Shown one piece after another: positions 25,145 through 36,440 of a stretch of 64,000 bases of DNA. Each line of letters starts with the position of its first letter. Positions within the stretch are counted from its first letter, which is position 1. The notes beneath the pieces are model-generated. The model searched no databases, had not been told where the DNA came from, and worked only from the letters and a program-made list of their open reading frames with translations. A program made the position numbers and the translations under genes. The stretch is from Dictyostelium discoideum (taxonomy: Eukaryota): the NCBI GenBank assembly GCA_000004695.1, contig CM000153.2:5386250-5450249 (forward strand), read 5' to 3'.

Positions 25145-26289
25145 TACTTTAAACTTGTAGAATTATCACCTCTGAAAAATTCAGAATAAAAAGCTATTTT
25201 AAAATTATAACGAATTGAAAGGAAAGGATGATTTGATTTTGCAATTTGTGATTTTGTATATTGACACATTTCTTTATAATATTGTTCAGATAATTCTAAA
25301 GCTAATCTTTCCCATTTCTTTACAAATGGTTTTATATCTTGTTTATTTAAGAATAAAAAGTATTTTGGATCAATATCTGCTTTCTTTCTAATAGTGTTAA
25401 CTTTTTCTTCATGATCTAATACTATTGATGTTACAATAATAACTATTAATTTAATATTTCTACTTTTCATATTTGTTCTAAAATAAATAATTTAAAATAA
25501 ATAATATAAAATAAATAATATAAAATAAATAATATAAAATAAATAATATAAAGTTTGTTAATTTTTTAATTTTTTTTTTTTTTTTTTTATAAAGAAACTT
25601 AAAACTTACCTAACTAAATCAACTTGTTGTAACATTTGATCATGAGCTTTAGAATTATTTTTATCATCAGGCCATTGAAGGAATAATGAAACTACAGATG
25701 GTATTGAAAATGTATGTTTATGAATCCAATTTGCTTTTAAAATACCCATTGGATGTGGATTAACTTCAACTTTTTTTTCTTTTTTAAATGATAATGAATC
25801 AGTTTCTAATGGTACTGTTTTAAATAATGGTATATTTGAATTTTGAAATCTCCATCCACCTGCTTCACCACCTGTTGCTGCTGATGTTAAAATTGGTGTA
25901 CCAACTTTTTGAGTTGGTGATTTCCATAATTCATCAAATTGTGATAATGATTTTTGTTGTAATGATAATTCACCCAATTGATTTGATAGTGATGATGGAC
26001 TATTACTATAATTTGAAGTATTATTATTGTTATTGTTATGTAAAATTGAAAATGGATCAATTGATGGTGATGATGAATATTGACCACTATTCCTTCTATT
26101 ATCACCACCAATAGTTGATGTTAAAATTGGTGTATTATTATTTGATGGTGTTGTTGGATGAATCCTTTCAAAATCTGTTACATTCTTTGTTGATAAACAA
26201 TCAATAATTTGTGAATGTAATGATTGACATCCAATTAAACCAATTAATGGTTGTGGTGAAAGTACAAGATCATCTGGTAATTCATTCAT
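21461..26289 (-). CDS. trappc11: Trafficking protein particle complex subunit 11 (TRAPPC11 / foie-gras / gryzun), about 1524 aa with long poly-Q/N/T insertions. Three exons: complement(join(21461..25025,25148..25477,25610..26289))
   Basis: Exon 1 holds PMGILKANWIHKHTFSIPSVVSLFLQWPDD, which resembles the TRAPPC11 N-terminus ([29 protein letters not shown]). Exon 2 holds SRNIKLIVIIV...RYNFKIAFYSEFFRGDNSTSLK, matching VAVVLIQKK...[21 protein letters not shown]. Exon 3 opens KYYRDCYNLL..FNFKICKIS and contains NPGFYYQISAKHQG, matching NPGFYYQQAAYYAQ. Introns 25478..25609 and 25026..25147 both use gtaagt donors and (t)ag acceptors. Exon lengths close the phase (4575 nt). Confidence 0.8.
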
Positions 26290-26709
26290 TATTATTTAAA
26301 AAAAAAATTATTTATTATTAAATTTTAATTTATTATTTTATTATTATACATGTATAAATATTAATTATATATGAAAAAATGATAATTGAATAATGAAAAA
26401 AAAAAAAGTAGTTTTAAATTGAAAAAATTAAAAAAAAAAAAATTAAAAAAAATTAAAAAAAAAAAAATTAAAAAAAAAAAAAAAAATAAAAATAAAAAAA
26501 AAAAAATAAAAAAAAAAATAAAAAAAATATCTTTTTTTTTTATTTCAGTGTTCATGATCATTTTGGGTTTTGATTGATTTAATGTGAAAATATGTATTTT
26601 TTTTTTTTTTTAATTTTTATTTAAGGAAAATAAAAAAAATAATATATTTTGTTTTTTTATTTTTTATTTTATTTTATTTTATTTTATTTTATTTTATTTT
26701 AAAATAATT

Positions 26710-28294
26710 TTATTGTGGTGATTGAGTTGAAGTTAAAGTTGGTGATGATGTTGAAGTTGATAATGATTTCAAATAATTATTATGTTCTTTAGTTTGATTA
26801 TCATATTCTTTTTGTAATTTTTTTAATTGTGATTTTGTAATTTCAACACCTTCCTTATCATGAGTTGGCATACCCAATTCATTGAATTTTGAGTATTTAT
26901 CAGTTTCATTGATAAAGAGTTGTTGTGGTGGAATTTTTGATTTTTCAAATTTCTCTTTTAATTTTTTTTCTTTTTCTTCCTTGTCAGCTTGTTTCTTCTT
27001 TTCAATTTCTTTCTTTTGTTCAATTTCTTTTTTGAGGGTTTCTTTATCTTCAAATTTCCACATTGCAGTTGTTGCGGATTTATCATCAATCTTTACGCCC
27101 AATAATGGTAAAACCTCATCACGAAGGTTATCACAAGTTTTAAGGATTGAGGTAGTATCTTTTGCGATTGCAGAAGCACGTACCTCTGAACGGAATTGAG
27201 TGAGAGCATTTAAGATTGGAGTCATCTCCTCTTCGATATTACCTTTACCAGCGGAACCGAAACCAATCATTGAAGAGGCGGTTGAAGATTCGGTTAAACC
27301 GAAAACAGAGAAAATGTAAGTGATATACTCTGCGATTGCACTAATTAAATTTAATCTTGGATTTGTCTTTTGTTCAGCACATGATCTAATGTAAACATTT
27401 GTTTTATTGACGAGATCTGATAAAGTTTTCAAAGCGTCAGAGGTGTTAAAGTTATCAAGAATGAATTGATGAACTTGGTCATTTGCATTTTGAAGATGTT
27501 TATTTAAATCCTTTTCAGCTTGAGTCCAAAATTGTGGTAAAGATAATGGAGAATCTCTAAGGATTTGTTTGGCGGTATGGAAGAACTCTACAAAAGTTTT
27601 CTCCATTTCAATGGCGTAACCCATGGACTCTGGTGAATAGTTCATGGCTTTATCATATTTATGAAGAATGAAAAACATTCTCATTTGACGTGAAGTATAC
27701 TTTTCCAAGGCTTGTTTAATTGTGATGAAATTCTTTAAGGATTTTGACATTTTCAAACCATCGATCAATAAATGACCACTGTGTACGAAATAGTTAATCC
27801 ATTGACGATTGCCATAGAATGCTTCAGATTGTGCCAATTCGTTATCGTGATGTGGGAATTTCAAATCTGAACCACCCGAATGAATATCGATATTGCCACC
27901 AAGAAGGTCGGATGCCATTGCTGAACATTCAATATGCCATCCTGGACGACCCTCACCCCAAGGACTATTCCAAACTGGTTCACCTGGTTTAGATTTCTTC
28001 CATAATGCAAAATCAAAACCACTACGTTTCTCTGAAACTGCTGATGTTGCTGTTAATGATCCTTCACCCTCTGCTGCTAATTTCTCATTACCAACTGAAT
28101 TTGGTTCTAATTTACCATAATCATGTGCTTTTGAAAATGCTACTGTATCAAAATAAACTGATCCATTTGATTCATATGCAAATCCATTTGAAATAATCTT
28201 TTCAACATATTCAACAATTTGTGGTACATATTCTGTAACTCTTGTTAATGCATCTGGTGGTAATACCTTAAAAAATAAAAAAATAATATTAATA

Positions 28295-28338
<44 letters not shown>

Positions 28339-28776
28339 TACAAAATTTACATTTAATAATTTCATATCTTCAAAGAAAGCAGTCTCCCATTTTTTTGAAA
28401 GATCACTATGTGAAATACCATTTTCATTTGCACGAATAATGATTTTATCATCAATATCGGTAATGTTCATAACATATTGGATATTGAAACCAAGATAATT
28501 TTTCATAATACGTCTAATGATATCAAAACTAATATAAGTTCTAGCATGACCCATATGTGATGCATCATAAACTGTTGGACCACAAGCATACCATGTTAAT
28601 GATCTACCTTTACCACTTTCATTGAAAACGAATGGTACTTTACCACCTGTTAAACTATTATTAATTAATAATTCAGTTTCTTTGCCTTTAGGTTTAATCC
28701 ATTCTGGGAATGGTTTTTTTGTACTTGCTGCTGCTGCTGATGTTGATTCTAATTTTGGTGATGAATTTTCAGACAT
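26710..28776 (-). CDS. cysS: Cysteinyl-tRNA synthetase (class I), cytoplasmic type with a Lys/Glu-rich C-terminal extension, about 660 aa. Two exons: complement(join(26710..28266,28351..28776))
   Basis: WYACGPTVYDASHMGHARTYISFD (HIGH motif), KMSKSLKNF (KMSKS), and Zn-binding Cys positions typical of CysRS. An 84-nt intron (gtaaat...tttaag) lies between ...EDMKLLN and VLPPDALTRVTEYVPQIVEYV. It is in-frame and stop-free, so the ORF track reads through it as a poly-Lys insert. Confidence 0.9.
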
Positions 28777-29358
28777 CTTAAATATATTATTAGTTTTTCT
28801 TGATTTGGTTGAAAATAAAAAATGAAATAAAAAAAAAAATTTTAAAAAATAAAAAAAGTGAAAAAAAAAAATAAAAAAAAAAAAAAATAAAAAAATAAAA
28901 ATAAAATTTTAAAATACCACACCCAAAAACAAAAAATTTAAAAAAATAAAAATTAAAACAAATCAAAAACAATTTTCTTATAAAATTATAAAAATAATTA
29001 TTTCCTTTTCTAAAAAAGTTTTATTTAATATTCCCAATATATTTTTTATTTTATTTTTTTTATTTTAATTTTTGTTTAAGGTTGATTTGAAAAAAAAAAA
29101 CAAAAAAAAAAAATAAATTTAAATTTGTTTTGGTTTGGTTTGAAAATAAAAAATTACCTTAACAAACACACTCTTGTAATCAAAAAAAAAAAAAAAAAAA
29201 AAAAAAATTGTATATAAAATTTTAATTGGTTTATTTATTTATTTTAATAGTGACATTTATTATTTATTTATTTATTTATTTATTTTTTTTTTTAATTTTT
29301 TTATTACTTATTGGTTTTAATTTTTTAATTTTCCATTGTTTTCCATTTATAATTGTGT

Positions 29359-30512
29359 TTATATTGAATTTATTAAATGTTTTAAACCTTTAGATTTTAG
29401 AAACATAAATAATAAACCCCCCATTATAATATAAACATATGAAATGGTTCCAGGGAGTGGCACCTCTTGGTTAATACCATTTAACCTTTTAAATCTTAAT
29501 TTATCTTGACCTAATCTATAATCTTTATAATCAGTGTCTTTTATTAAAATTTCTAAAACATATAGACCATCATTCTTTGGATTTACTACTTTGTGGAAAT
29601 AAAATAGTAGGTAATTTGCTGGCATTGGGGTGATTTTGGCATATACTTTGCTTTGGATTGCAAGTTTAAGATCATCTAAATTAGAACCTTGAAGCTCAAT
29701 TCCATGTACTGTGGAGTCATCATGAATTCCTACAAAAATTGATCCACCTATTGAATTTAAAAATCCACAAATCTGTTTAACCAATTCGTCAATATTTACT
29801 TCTTTTTTTTTCATACTAACATTTTTATCTTTATTACCTTTTAACTCTAATTCATAGTCCTCTTGAAAATTTGTTTTTTTTCCAAAAACAAATTTATCTT
29901 CGCCTACAGCTAACTCTAAACATGTTTAATAAAATTAGTAAATTAATTCTAAAATAAAATTACATGTTACTTACCCATATAATTTTGTAATTCTTCATCA
30001 TCATTAATATCAAAAATAATTTGTTTATAAACTTTCATAGCAGCTTTGTTTTTTTGGTATTTTTTATCACCAGATTGTAATGAATGAGACCCAATATAAA
30101 CTTTTGGTTCGTTAGATTCATTTATTAAAGTAATTTTGCATTGATTAAATCCATCTATATCTTCCCAAATAACATTTGTTTTCTTTTTACTTGCAAAAGT
30201 GTTGAGGACTCCCAAAGGTGTTTTATTTTGATGTGTAATTTCATCCAATTCTACAATTATACCAAGTACTTCTAATGCTAAAATCGTTACCATTGCATGA
30301 GCAAGGTTATGTGTTTTATAGCCTTCTTTAGTTTCAAAAAAACTATTTTTTTTAATAACCATATTATTTTCAGGGTTGGTTGCTTGTTTTAAAAATGTTA
30401 ATTTTGATCCACTATTTGTTCCAAATTTTATAGTTTCATATTTTAAATCCTCGTAATTAATATATTTACGTAGTTCTTCCATAGTTTTTTTTATTGATAG
30501 TTTTTGTGTCAT
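29359..30512 (-). CDS. Protein with a putative N-terminal dsRBD-like region and a C-terminal Schlafen-type AlbA_2 (divergent-AAA) domain, about 365 aa. Two exons: complement(join(29359..29915,29975..30512))
   Basis: Two ORFs (204 and 151 aa) are joined by a 58-nt intron (ATG G|gtaagt ... catgtttag|AG). The join adds 33 stop-free codons (ELAVGEDKFVFGKKTNFQEDYELELKGNKDKNVS) upstream of the second ORF. AlbA_2 signature: EDYELELK...ELVKQICGFLNSIGGSIFVGIHDDSTVHGIEL (compare lEfK...AfaNs.GGtlviGvdD.g.v.Gv). The N-terminal half has two dsRBD-like alpha-beta-beta-beta-alpha units ending in basic/Ala helices (KTHNLAHAMVTILALEVLG; KKYQKNKAAMKVYKQII). The likely start is the Met at 30512 (MTQKLSIKK), not the upstream read-through Met at 30581. 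Confidence 0.55.
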
Positions 30513-30832
30513 TGTGTTTTTGAAAAATATAAAATAAAAATAATAAATTTTTATTTTGTTTTTTCCATCAAAAAATTTCAAAAAAAAAAAAAATTAAATT
30601 TTAATCAAAATTTTTTTTTTTTTATAGAACAAAGATATTTCTTTTTTAAATATTCTCCCCAAAATATTTTTTATTATTTGGTTTTAAATTTTTTTTTTTT
30701 GTTATTATTATTATTTTTTTATTTTTTTTTCATGATTTAATAATTTTTATTTCATGAATTTTACAATTTATAATTAATTAAATAAAAAAAAAAAAAAAAC
30801 GACAATTTAAATTAAAGAATAGTATACAACAC

Positions 30833-30863
<31 letters not shown>

Positions 30864-31029
30864 GAAAAACACTTGGAAATAAAATTTTAATTGATTTCTA
30901 GGGGTTAACTATTTAAGTTTTTTTTTTTTATTTATTAATTTTAGTAGTGACATTTAAATTTTATTATTATTATTATTTTTTTTAATTCTTAAAATTAAAT
31001 CTAATTGGTTTTAACAAGATATTAATATC

Positions 31030-31652
31030 TTAATAACCATTATCTCTTAAGTAATCACCTAACTTTTCAACAATAAGTGCAGCTGATCCCTATTAATTTA
31101 AAAAAATATAAAATAATTAGTAGTTATAAATTTAATTGCAAGTTATTATAATATCAATAAAATAATGTTATACATACTGGTTGGACTTTATCATCATAAA
31201 TGCCAACAATGATTGCTTGGCCTGTTCTAACAAGAACACAACCAGTTGCTCCCTTTTTACCATAGATACTTTGTGGGTCACCCTTTTAAAAATAAAGAAA
31301 TAAATATAAATGTTAATAATTTATAAAAAAAATTTTCAACCCATATATAAAAAAGTTATAATATTTTACCTTAATACCCATATATTTTACTCCACCAATC
31401 AAAGCACCCTTAGCAAATACCTCAGCTGGATTTTTGAATAAAGCAGCTATACCATCACCTTCTGGTTTCTATAATAAAAACAAATAATTAATATTATTAT
31501 TATTATTATAATAATAATTAATTATCGATAATTACAGTAATATTAATACCTGATGATTTAGCCCAAACACCACCATCATTTGCACCTAAAATTGCTCCTT
31601 GAGAAAGTCCTGCACCAGTTAATTGTTCATCGACATATTGTTGCCAGCTCAT
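31030..31652 (-). CDS. Profilin (actin-monomer-binding), 126 aa. Four exons: complement(join(31030..31089,31178..31282,31370..31468,31536..31652))
   Basis: Translation is MSWQQYVDEQLTGAGLSQGAILGANDGGVWAKSSGINIT | KPEGDGIAALFKNPAEVFAKGALIGGVKYMGIK | GDPQSIYGKKGATGCVLVRTGQAIIVGIYDDKVQP | GSAALIVEKLGDYLRDNGY. This is the canonical profilin N-terminus (MSWQ.YVD..L) and C-terminal helix. Introns of 66, 87 and 88 nt have GTAATT/GTAAAA/GTATGT donors and TAG/AAG acceptors. All phases are 0. It belongs to the Dictyostelium pro gene family. I cannot say which paralogue. Confidence 0.9.
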
Positions 31653-32827
31653 TTTATTTTATTTGTATGTATATATATTGTATTTGAAGAAAAAAGAAAG
31701 AGATAATTAATTTACTTTTTTTTTATGGAATATAAAAAATTGATTTGAAAAAAAAAAAAAAAATTTATTTGAAAGAAAAAAAAAAATAAAAGAAAATTAA
31801 ATTTAAAAAAAAAAAAAAAAAAAAATTAAATTAATAATTAAAATTGTAATTTGGGTCACAAGTGATTTATTTTTTTATTTTTTTTTTATTTATTTTTTTT
31901 TTTTTGAAACTTAATGGGGTTGTGTTGGGTTAGTTGAAAATCATATGATCAAAAGAGATGTTGACCAATAAGATTTAACTGTGATTTTTAAAATTTTTTC
32001 AAATAAAAATTTACTTTATTGTGTGCCATTTTTTTTTTTTTTTTTATTTTTTTTATTTTTTTTTTTTTTTAAGTTTTTTTTATTTTTAATTTTTTTTTTT
32101 TTTGATTTATTTATTTATTTATTTTTTTTTTTTTATTACAAATAATAATTATTATTTGTAATAAAAAAAATAAATATAAATTATGGCAAAAAATTGGGTT
32201 TTAGTTTTAATGGTTAATGAAGTTTTTTTTATAAAAAATGGGTTTGAGATAATTAAATGTTGGGTCAATTTATTTTTAAAAAATTAATTTTAATTGGCAG
32301 TGTTTTTTTTTTTTTTTTATTACCCTTTTAAAAATTTCACCAAACTTTTCATTTACCCCCATAATTTTTTTTTTTCAGTGAATTTGATGATTTTAAAAAA
32401 ATATTTTTACTTTTTTTTTTTTTTTTTTTTTTTCAAAAAAAAAAAAATAAAAAAGATGGTTTAAAAATAAACAATTTTATAAAAGTGAAAGATAAAGAGA
32501 TTTCATCTCAAAACAAATAGAACCCTCAAAATTATATTATTTTTTTTTTTCCTAATTTTGGAATTACTGATAAAACAGTTAAACCATCTTTTAATAAAAA
32601 TAAGGTGCACAGTATTTTTTTTTTTTTTTTTTTGTGGGTATTTTTATAATTTTAACGGTATCCAAAATCGAGATTGTAAATAAAAAATTAATTTTAAATC
32701 TACACACCCATCCTCACACACACGCGCATAATAAAAAAAAACAGTTCAGTTTAATTTTTTATTTTATTTAATTTTCCAGTTTTTTTTATTTTTTTTATTT
32801 TTTTTTTTCCTCCAATTATTTTTTGTT

Positions 32828-32923
32828 TTAATTATTTCCACAACACCAAATATTAAACAATAGGAATTTTCTATTTGTTGAATTCTTTAATGTTTTTTTA
32901 ATATTTTCAATTTCTTTTATATT

Positions 32924-32962
<39 letters not shown>

Positions 32963-33734
32963 TGATTGTAAAGTTGGAGAAATTAAAATGATTTTATTAG
33001 TATCAATTAATAAATTCCAATTAATATTAAAATCTATTGAAGTTGATTGAATCTCTTTTAAAATTAATTCCAAAGATTTTAAATCATAATGTCTATATTG
33101 AATGAAAACTAGTGCTTGTTTTGCACTCTCTGAGAAATCACTAAATCCAAATGAAGATTTAAAGAATATTTGATCAGGTGAACTATCAACATAAATTGCT
33201 TTTTCAATTTCTTGATCTGTTAAATCAAATTTAATAATTCTATACATTTGAAACATTTTCATTGATAATCTTTTTGTATAAAAATAAATTACTTTATAAA
33301 ATGATTGAACCAATTCTTTTATTTGAATATTAAATCCTTCCTTTATTGGTAATATAATCTTAATATTTGCACCATCATCATTATTATTATTACTATCTTC
33401 ATTTTTAATATGTTTTATTATTAAAATTTTGGTTTTTTTAATTATTTGAATAACTTGATCTGATTTTAATTTAATTTCTTTTAATAATTCTAAAAATATA
33501 TAAAATTCCAAAATTATTATTATTATTATTATTTTTTTATTTTTTTAAAAAAAAATTAAAAATTAATTTCTAATTACTTTTTTCTTCTTCTAAATTTAAT
33601 TGATTAATATTATTTGATTTATTATATAATTCATCAACATTTAATTTTATAGAATTTATTAAATTGTTTATTTCAATTTCTGTTTCACTCAACTCAAATA
33701 TACTTTCACTATTTTTTAAGTGTGATGTGGTCAT
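32828..33734 (-). CDS. Hypothetical protein (about 272 aa), two exons: complement(join(32828..33489,33578..33734)). Unknown family
   Basis: Exon 1 is MTTSHLKNSESIFELSETEIEINNLINSIKLNVDELYNKSNNINQLNLEEEK, ending AAA A|gtaatt. The 87-nt intron ends tttttag. Exon 2 joins in frame with the 227-aa ORF (...LLKEIKLKSDQVIQ...SFGFSDFSESAKQALVFIQYRHYDLKSLELILKEIQSTSIDFNINWNLLIDTNKIILISP...), which carries a poly-Q tract. The composition is protein-like. I found no recognisable motif. Confidence 0.45.
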
Positions 33735-34188
33735 ATTATTTTTGTTTGATTATAGTTTTTTTTTTTTTTTATTTTTTTTTTTTTTTAGAAATGAAATTAA
33801 ATATATTTTATATATTATAAAATAAAAATAAAAATAAAAATAATAATAAACAAAAAAAAAAAAAAAAAATAATTAAAAAAAAAAAAAAAAATAAATAAAA
33901 TGTCAAAACACCACTTCCACACACTTTAAACAAATAATTAAATTTTTGACATTGTATTTTTTCAAAATAATAATTCCCTTATTTTTTCAAAATAATAATT
34001 TCCTTATTTTTTTAAAAAAATAAAATAATAAATAATAAAATAAAAAATGTAAAGTATTGGTTTGTTGAAAATGTTTGATGAAATTATTTGAAAAAAAAAA
34101 TAAAAAAAAAAATAAAAAAAAAAAAATTAAAAATTAAAAAAAAAAGAGCGCTCTTTGGATGTCAAAAAAAAAATTGTGTTTTTTATTT

Positions 34189-34236
<48 letters not shown>

Positions 34237-34287
34237 CAACAACCATCTAAAAAAACATTTGTTATTATTTTTAAATAAATAAATAAC

Positions 34288-34338
34288 ATGTTGTTTGATT
34301 TAATAAATTCATTTTTAAAGAATGGAATAAATAATAGC

Positions 34339-34370
<32 letters not shown>

Positions 34371-36255
34371 TAATTTTTATAATTCTTTGGAGGATGATGA
34401 TTATTTATTAAATAATCAAACAACCAAAGTATCATTGTATTTGTATTTCTTTATATTTGCATTTATGTTTTTAGTAGTGGATTTAATAATGTTATATTAT
34501 AAACATAGAGAGAATATAGAGTCAAGAGAAACTGATCTATCTTTAAAATTAAATAAAATGTTAATAGATTTTGAAAATGATAATAAAATAAAATCATCAC
34601 CAACAACATCTACTACAACAACTACAATAACACCAACTACTACTTCATCATCACAATTAAGACAACCATCAACACCAAAAACAACAACTAAAACAATTAA
34701 TTCACCACCATCAACACCAAAATCACCACCACCTTTACCATCATTAGAATCAAAACTATTATATAAAGATGATATTAAACAACAATTATCATTAAATGAA
34801 GCAAAGAGTCAAATTGATAGTGCTAAACAACTGGATGAATCATTAAAATATAATAGTTGTATTAAATTATATATAGATGGTATCGAGAAATTAATGGCAT
34901 TATTCTCAAGTTACAACTCTAAAGAATATAGAGATTATATTGATTTTTACCTAAAAAGAGCGGAATATTTAAAAAATGAATTAAAAAAAGGTACAAATTT
35001 AAAATCAATAACTAATTTTAATAATTTTTCAAAAGAATATCAAATAAATTATAATAATAAAATTTTAGAACAGCAACAACAACAACAACAACAATCATCA
35101 TCAACATATAGAAACTCATTAAATTTATCTTCTTCTAAATCAAATTCAACTATAAATAATAGACATTCAATATCTTCATTATCTTCATTAAATTCAACAA
35201 CAGCAACAACAACAACACCATCAAATACTTCAACAATAACAAGTCCGGGTAATAAATATGGATTACAAAAAAGTTTATCATCAACAACATTATCATTAAA
35301 AAAATCATCAAATTCAACCAATTTTCAACAACCTTCACCACCATCAATGGTTATACCAGATATAAAAGGAATTGATAAATCTATGGTAACATTAATTATG
35401 AATGAAATTATGGATAGAAAGAATCCTGTTAAATGGGATGATGTGGTTGGATTGGATAAAGTTAAACAATCATTGATGGAATCAGTTATTTTACCAAATT
35501 TAAGACCCGATGTTTTCACAGGTTTAAGGGCACCTCCAAAAGGTTTATTATTATTTGGTCCACCAGGTAATGGTAAAACAATGATTGCCAAAGCAGTTGC
35601 CTATGAAAGTAAAGTAACATTTTTTAGTATCTCTTCAAGTTCACTAACTAGCAAGTATGTAGGTGACGGTGAAAAATTGGTACGTGCATTATTCGCTGTT
35701 GCAACTCATTTTCAACCTTCAATTATTTTCATTGATGAAATTGATTCATTGCTAACTGAACGTTCTTCAAATGAATCTGAGGCATCTCGTCGTTTAAAAA
35801 CAGAGATTTTAGTTCAATTCGATGGTGCTAGAACAAATGGTGATGAAAGAGTATTGGTAATGGGTGCAACTAATAGACCAGAGGATTTGGATGATGCTGC
35901 ATTACGTCGTCTCGTTAAACGTATTTATGTTGGTTTACCAGAACTTGAAACTCGTTTACAAATTATTCAACATTTACTAGTGGGTCAAAGACATTCTCTA
36001 ACCAAACAACAAATTAATTCACTAGCTGAAGTAACTCAAGGTTACAGTGGTTTTGATTTAGCTGCACTTTGTAAAGATGCTGCTTATGAACCAATTAGAA
36101 GATTAGGTATAGGTATTAAAGATTTAGAATTAAATGAAATCTCTCTTATTAGTTTTAAAGACTTTGCTAATAGTTTAAAACAAATTAGACCATCAGTAAC
36201 TTCTCAATCTTTAAAATCTTTTGAAAAATGGAATCAAAAGTTTGGAACTATTTAA
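34288..36255 (+). CDS. Spastin-like AAA ATPase (N-terminal hydrophobic hairpin, MIT domain, AAA cassette), 655 aa
   Basis: TM hairpin [27 protein letters not shown]-like helices [39 protein letters not shown]: [58 protein letters not shown] (Walker A), [12 protein letters not shown] (Walker B), and [14 protein letters not shown]. The linker and pore-loop residues match the spastin/katanin meiotic clade. Confidence 0.85.
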
Positions 36256-36440
36256 AAAAAAAAAAAAAAAAAAAAAAAATAACAAAGTAATAGGATCGAT
36301 AAAATTAATTAATTTTAAATTTATAAAATTATTATTATTATTATAGTTTATTTTAAAATAACAACAATATAAAATTTGGTAATCAATAAATAATAAAGAT
36401 TGATTGTAATATAATTTTTTATTTTTTTTTTTTAAAAAGT

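Noticed and set aside
26361-26577. Mirror ORFs of poly-K / poly-F at 26361..26561(-) and 26386..26577(+). Similar cases at 13772, 18118, 18902, 28790, 34088/34134, 40367, 41381/41522, 42491, 44090/44321/44893 and 57906
   Set aside because: They are homopolymer or AT microsatellite translations in intergenic or intronic DNA, or repeats inside real genes read on the wrong strand. They have no complexity and no start context.
30504-30581. Upstream Met (MKFFDGKNKIKIYYFYFIFFKN) as the start of the AlbA_2 gene
   Set aside because: It is read-through of the AT-rich leader. The second Met (MTQKLSI), in an aaaaacacaATG context, begins the non-repetitive sequence.
31470-31550. Alternative profilin splice (donor TCA G|gtatta at 31550 with acceptor aaaccag|)
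   Set aside because: It gives a 121-aa protein lacking the conserved SGINITKPEGDG segment. The GTAATT donor at 31535 with the tatag acceptor yields the canonical 126-aa profilin alignment.
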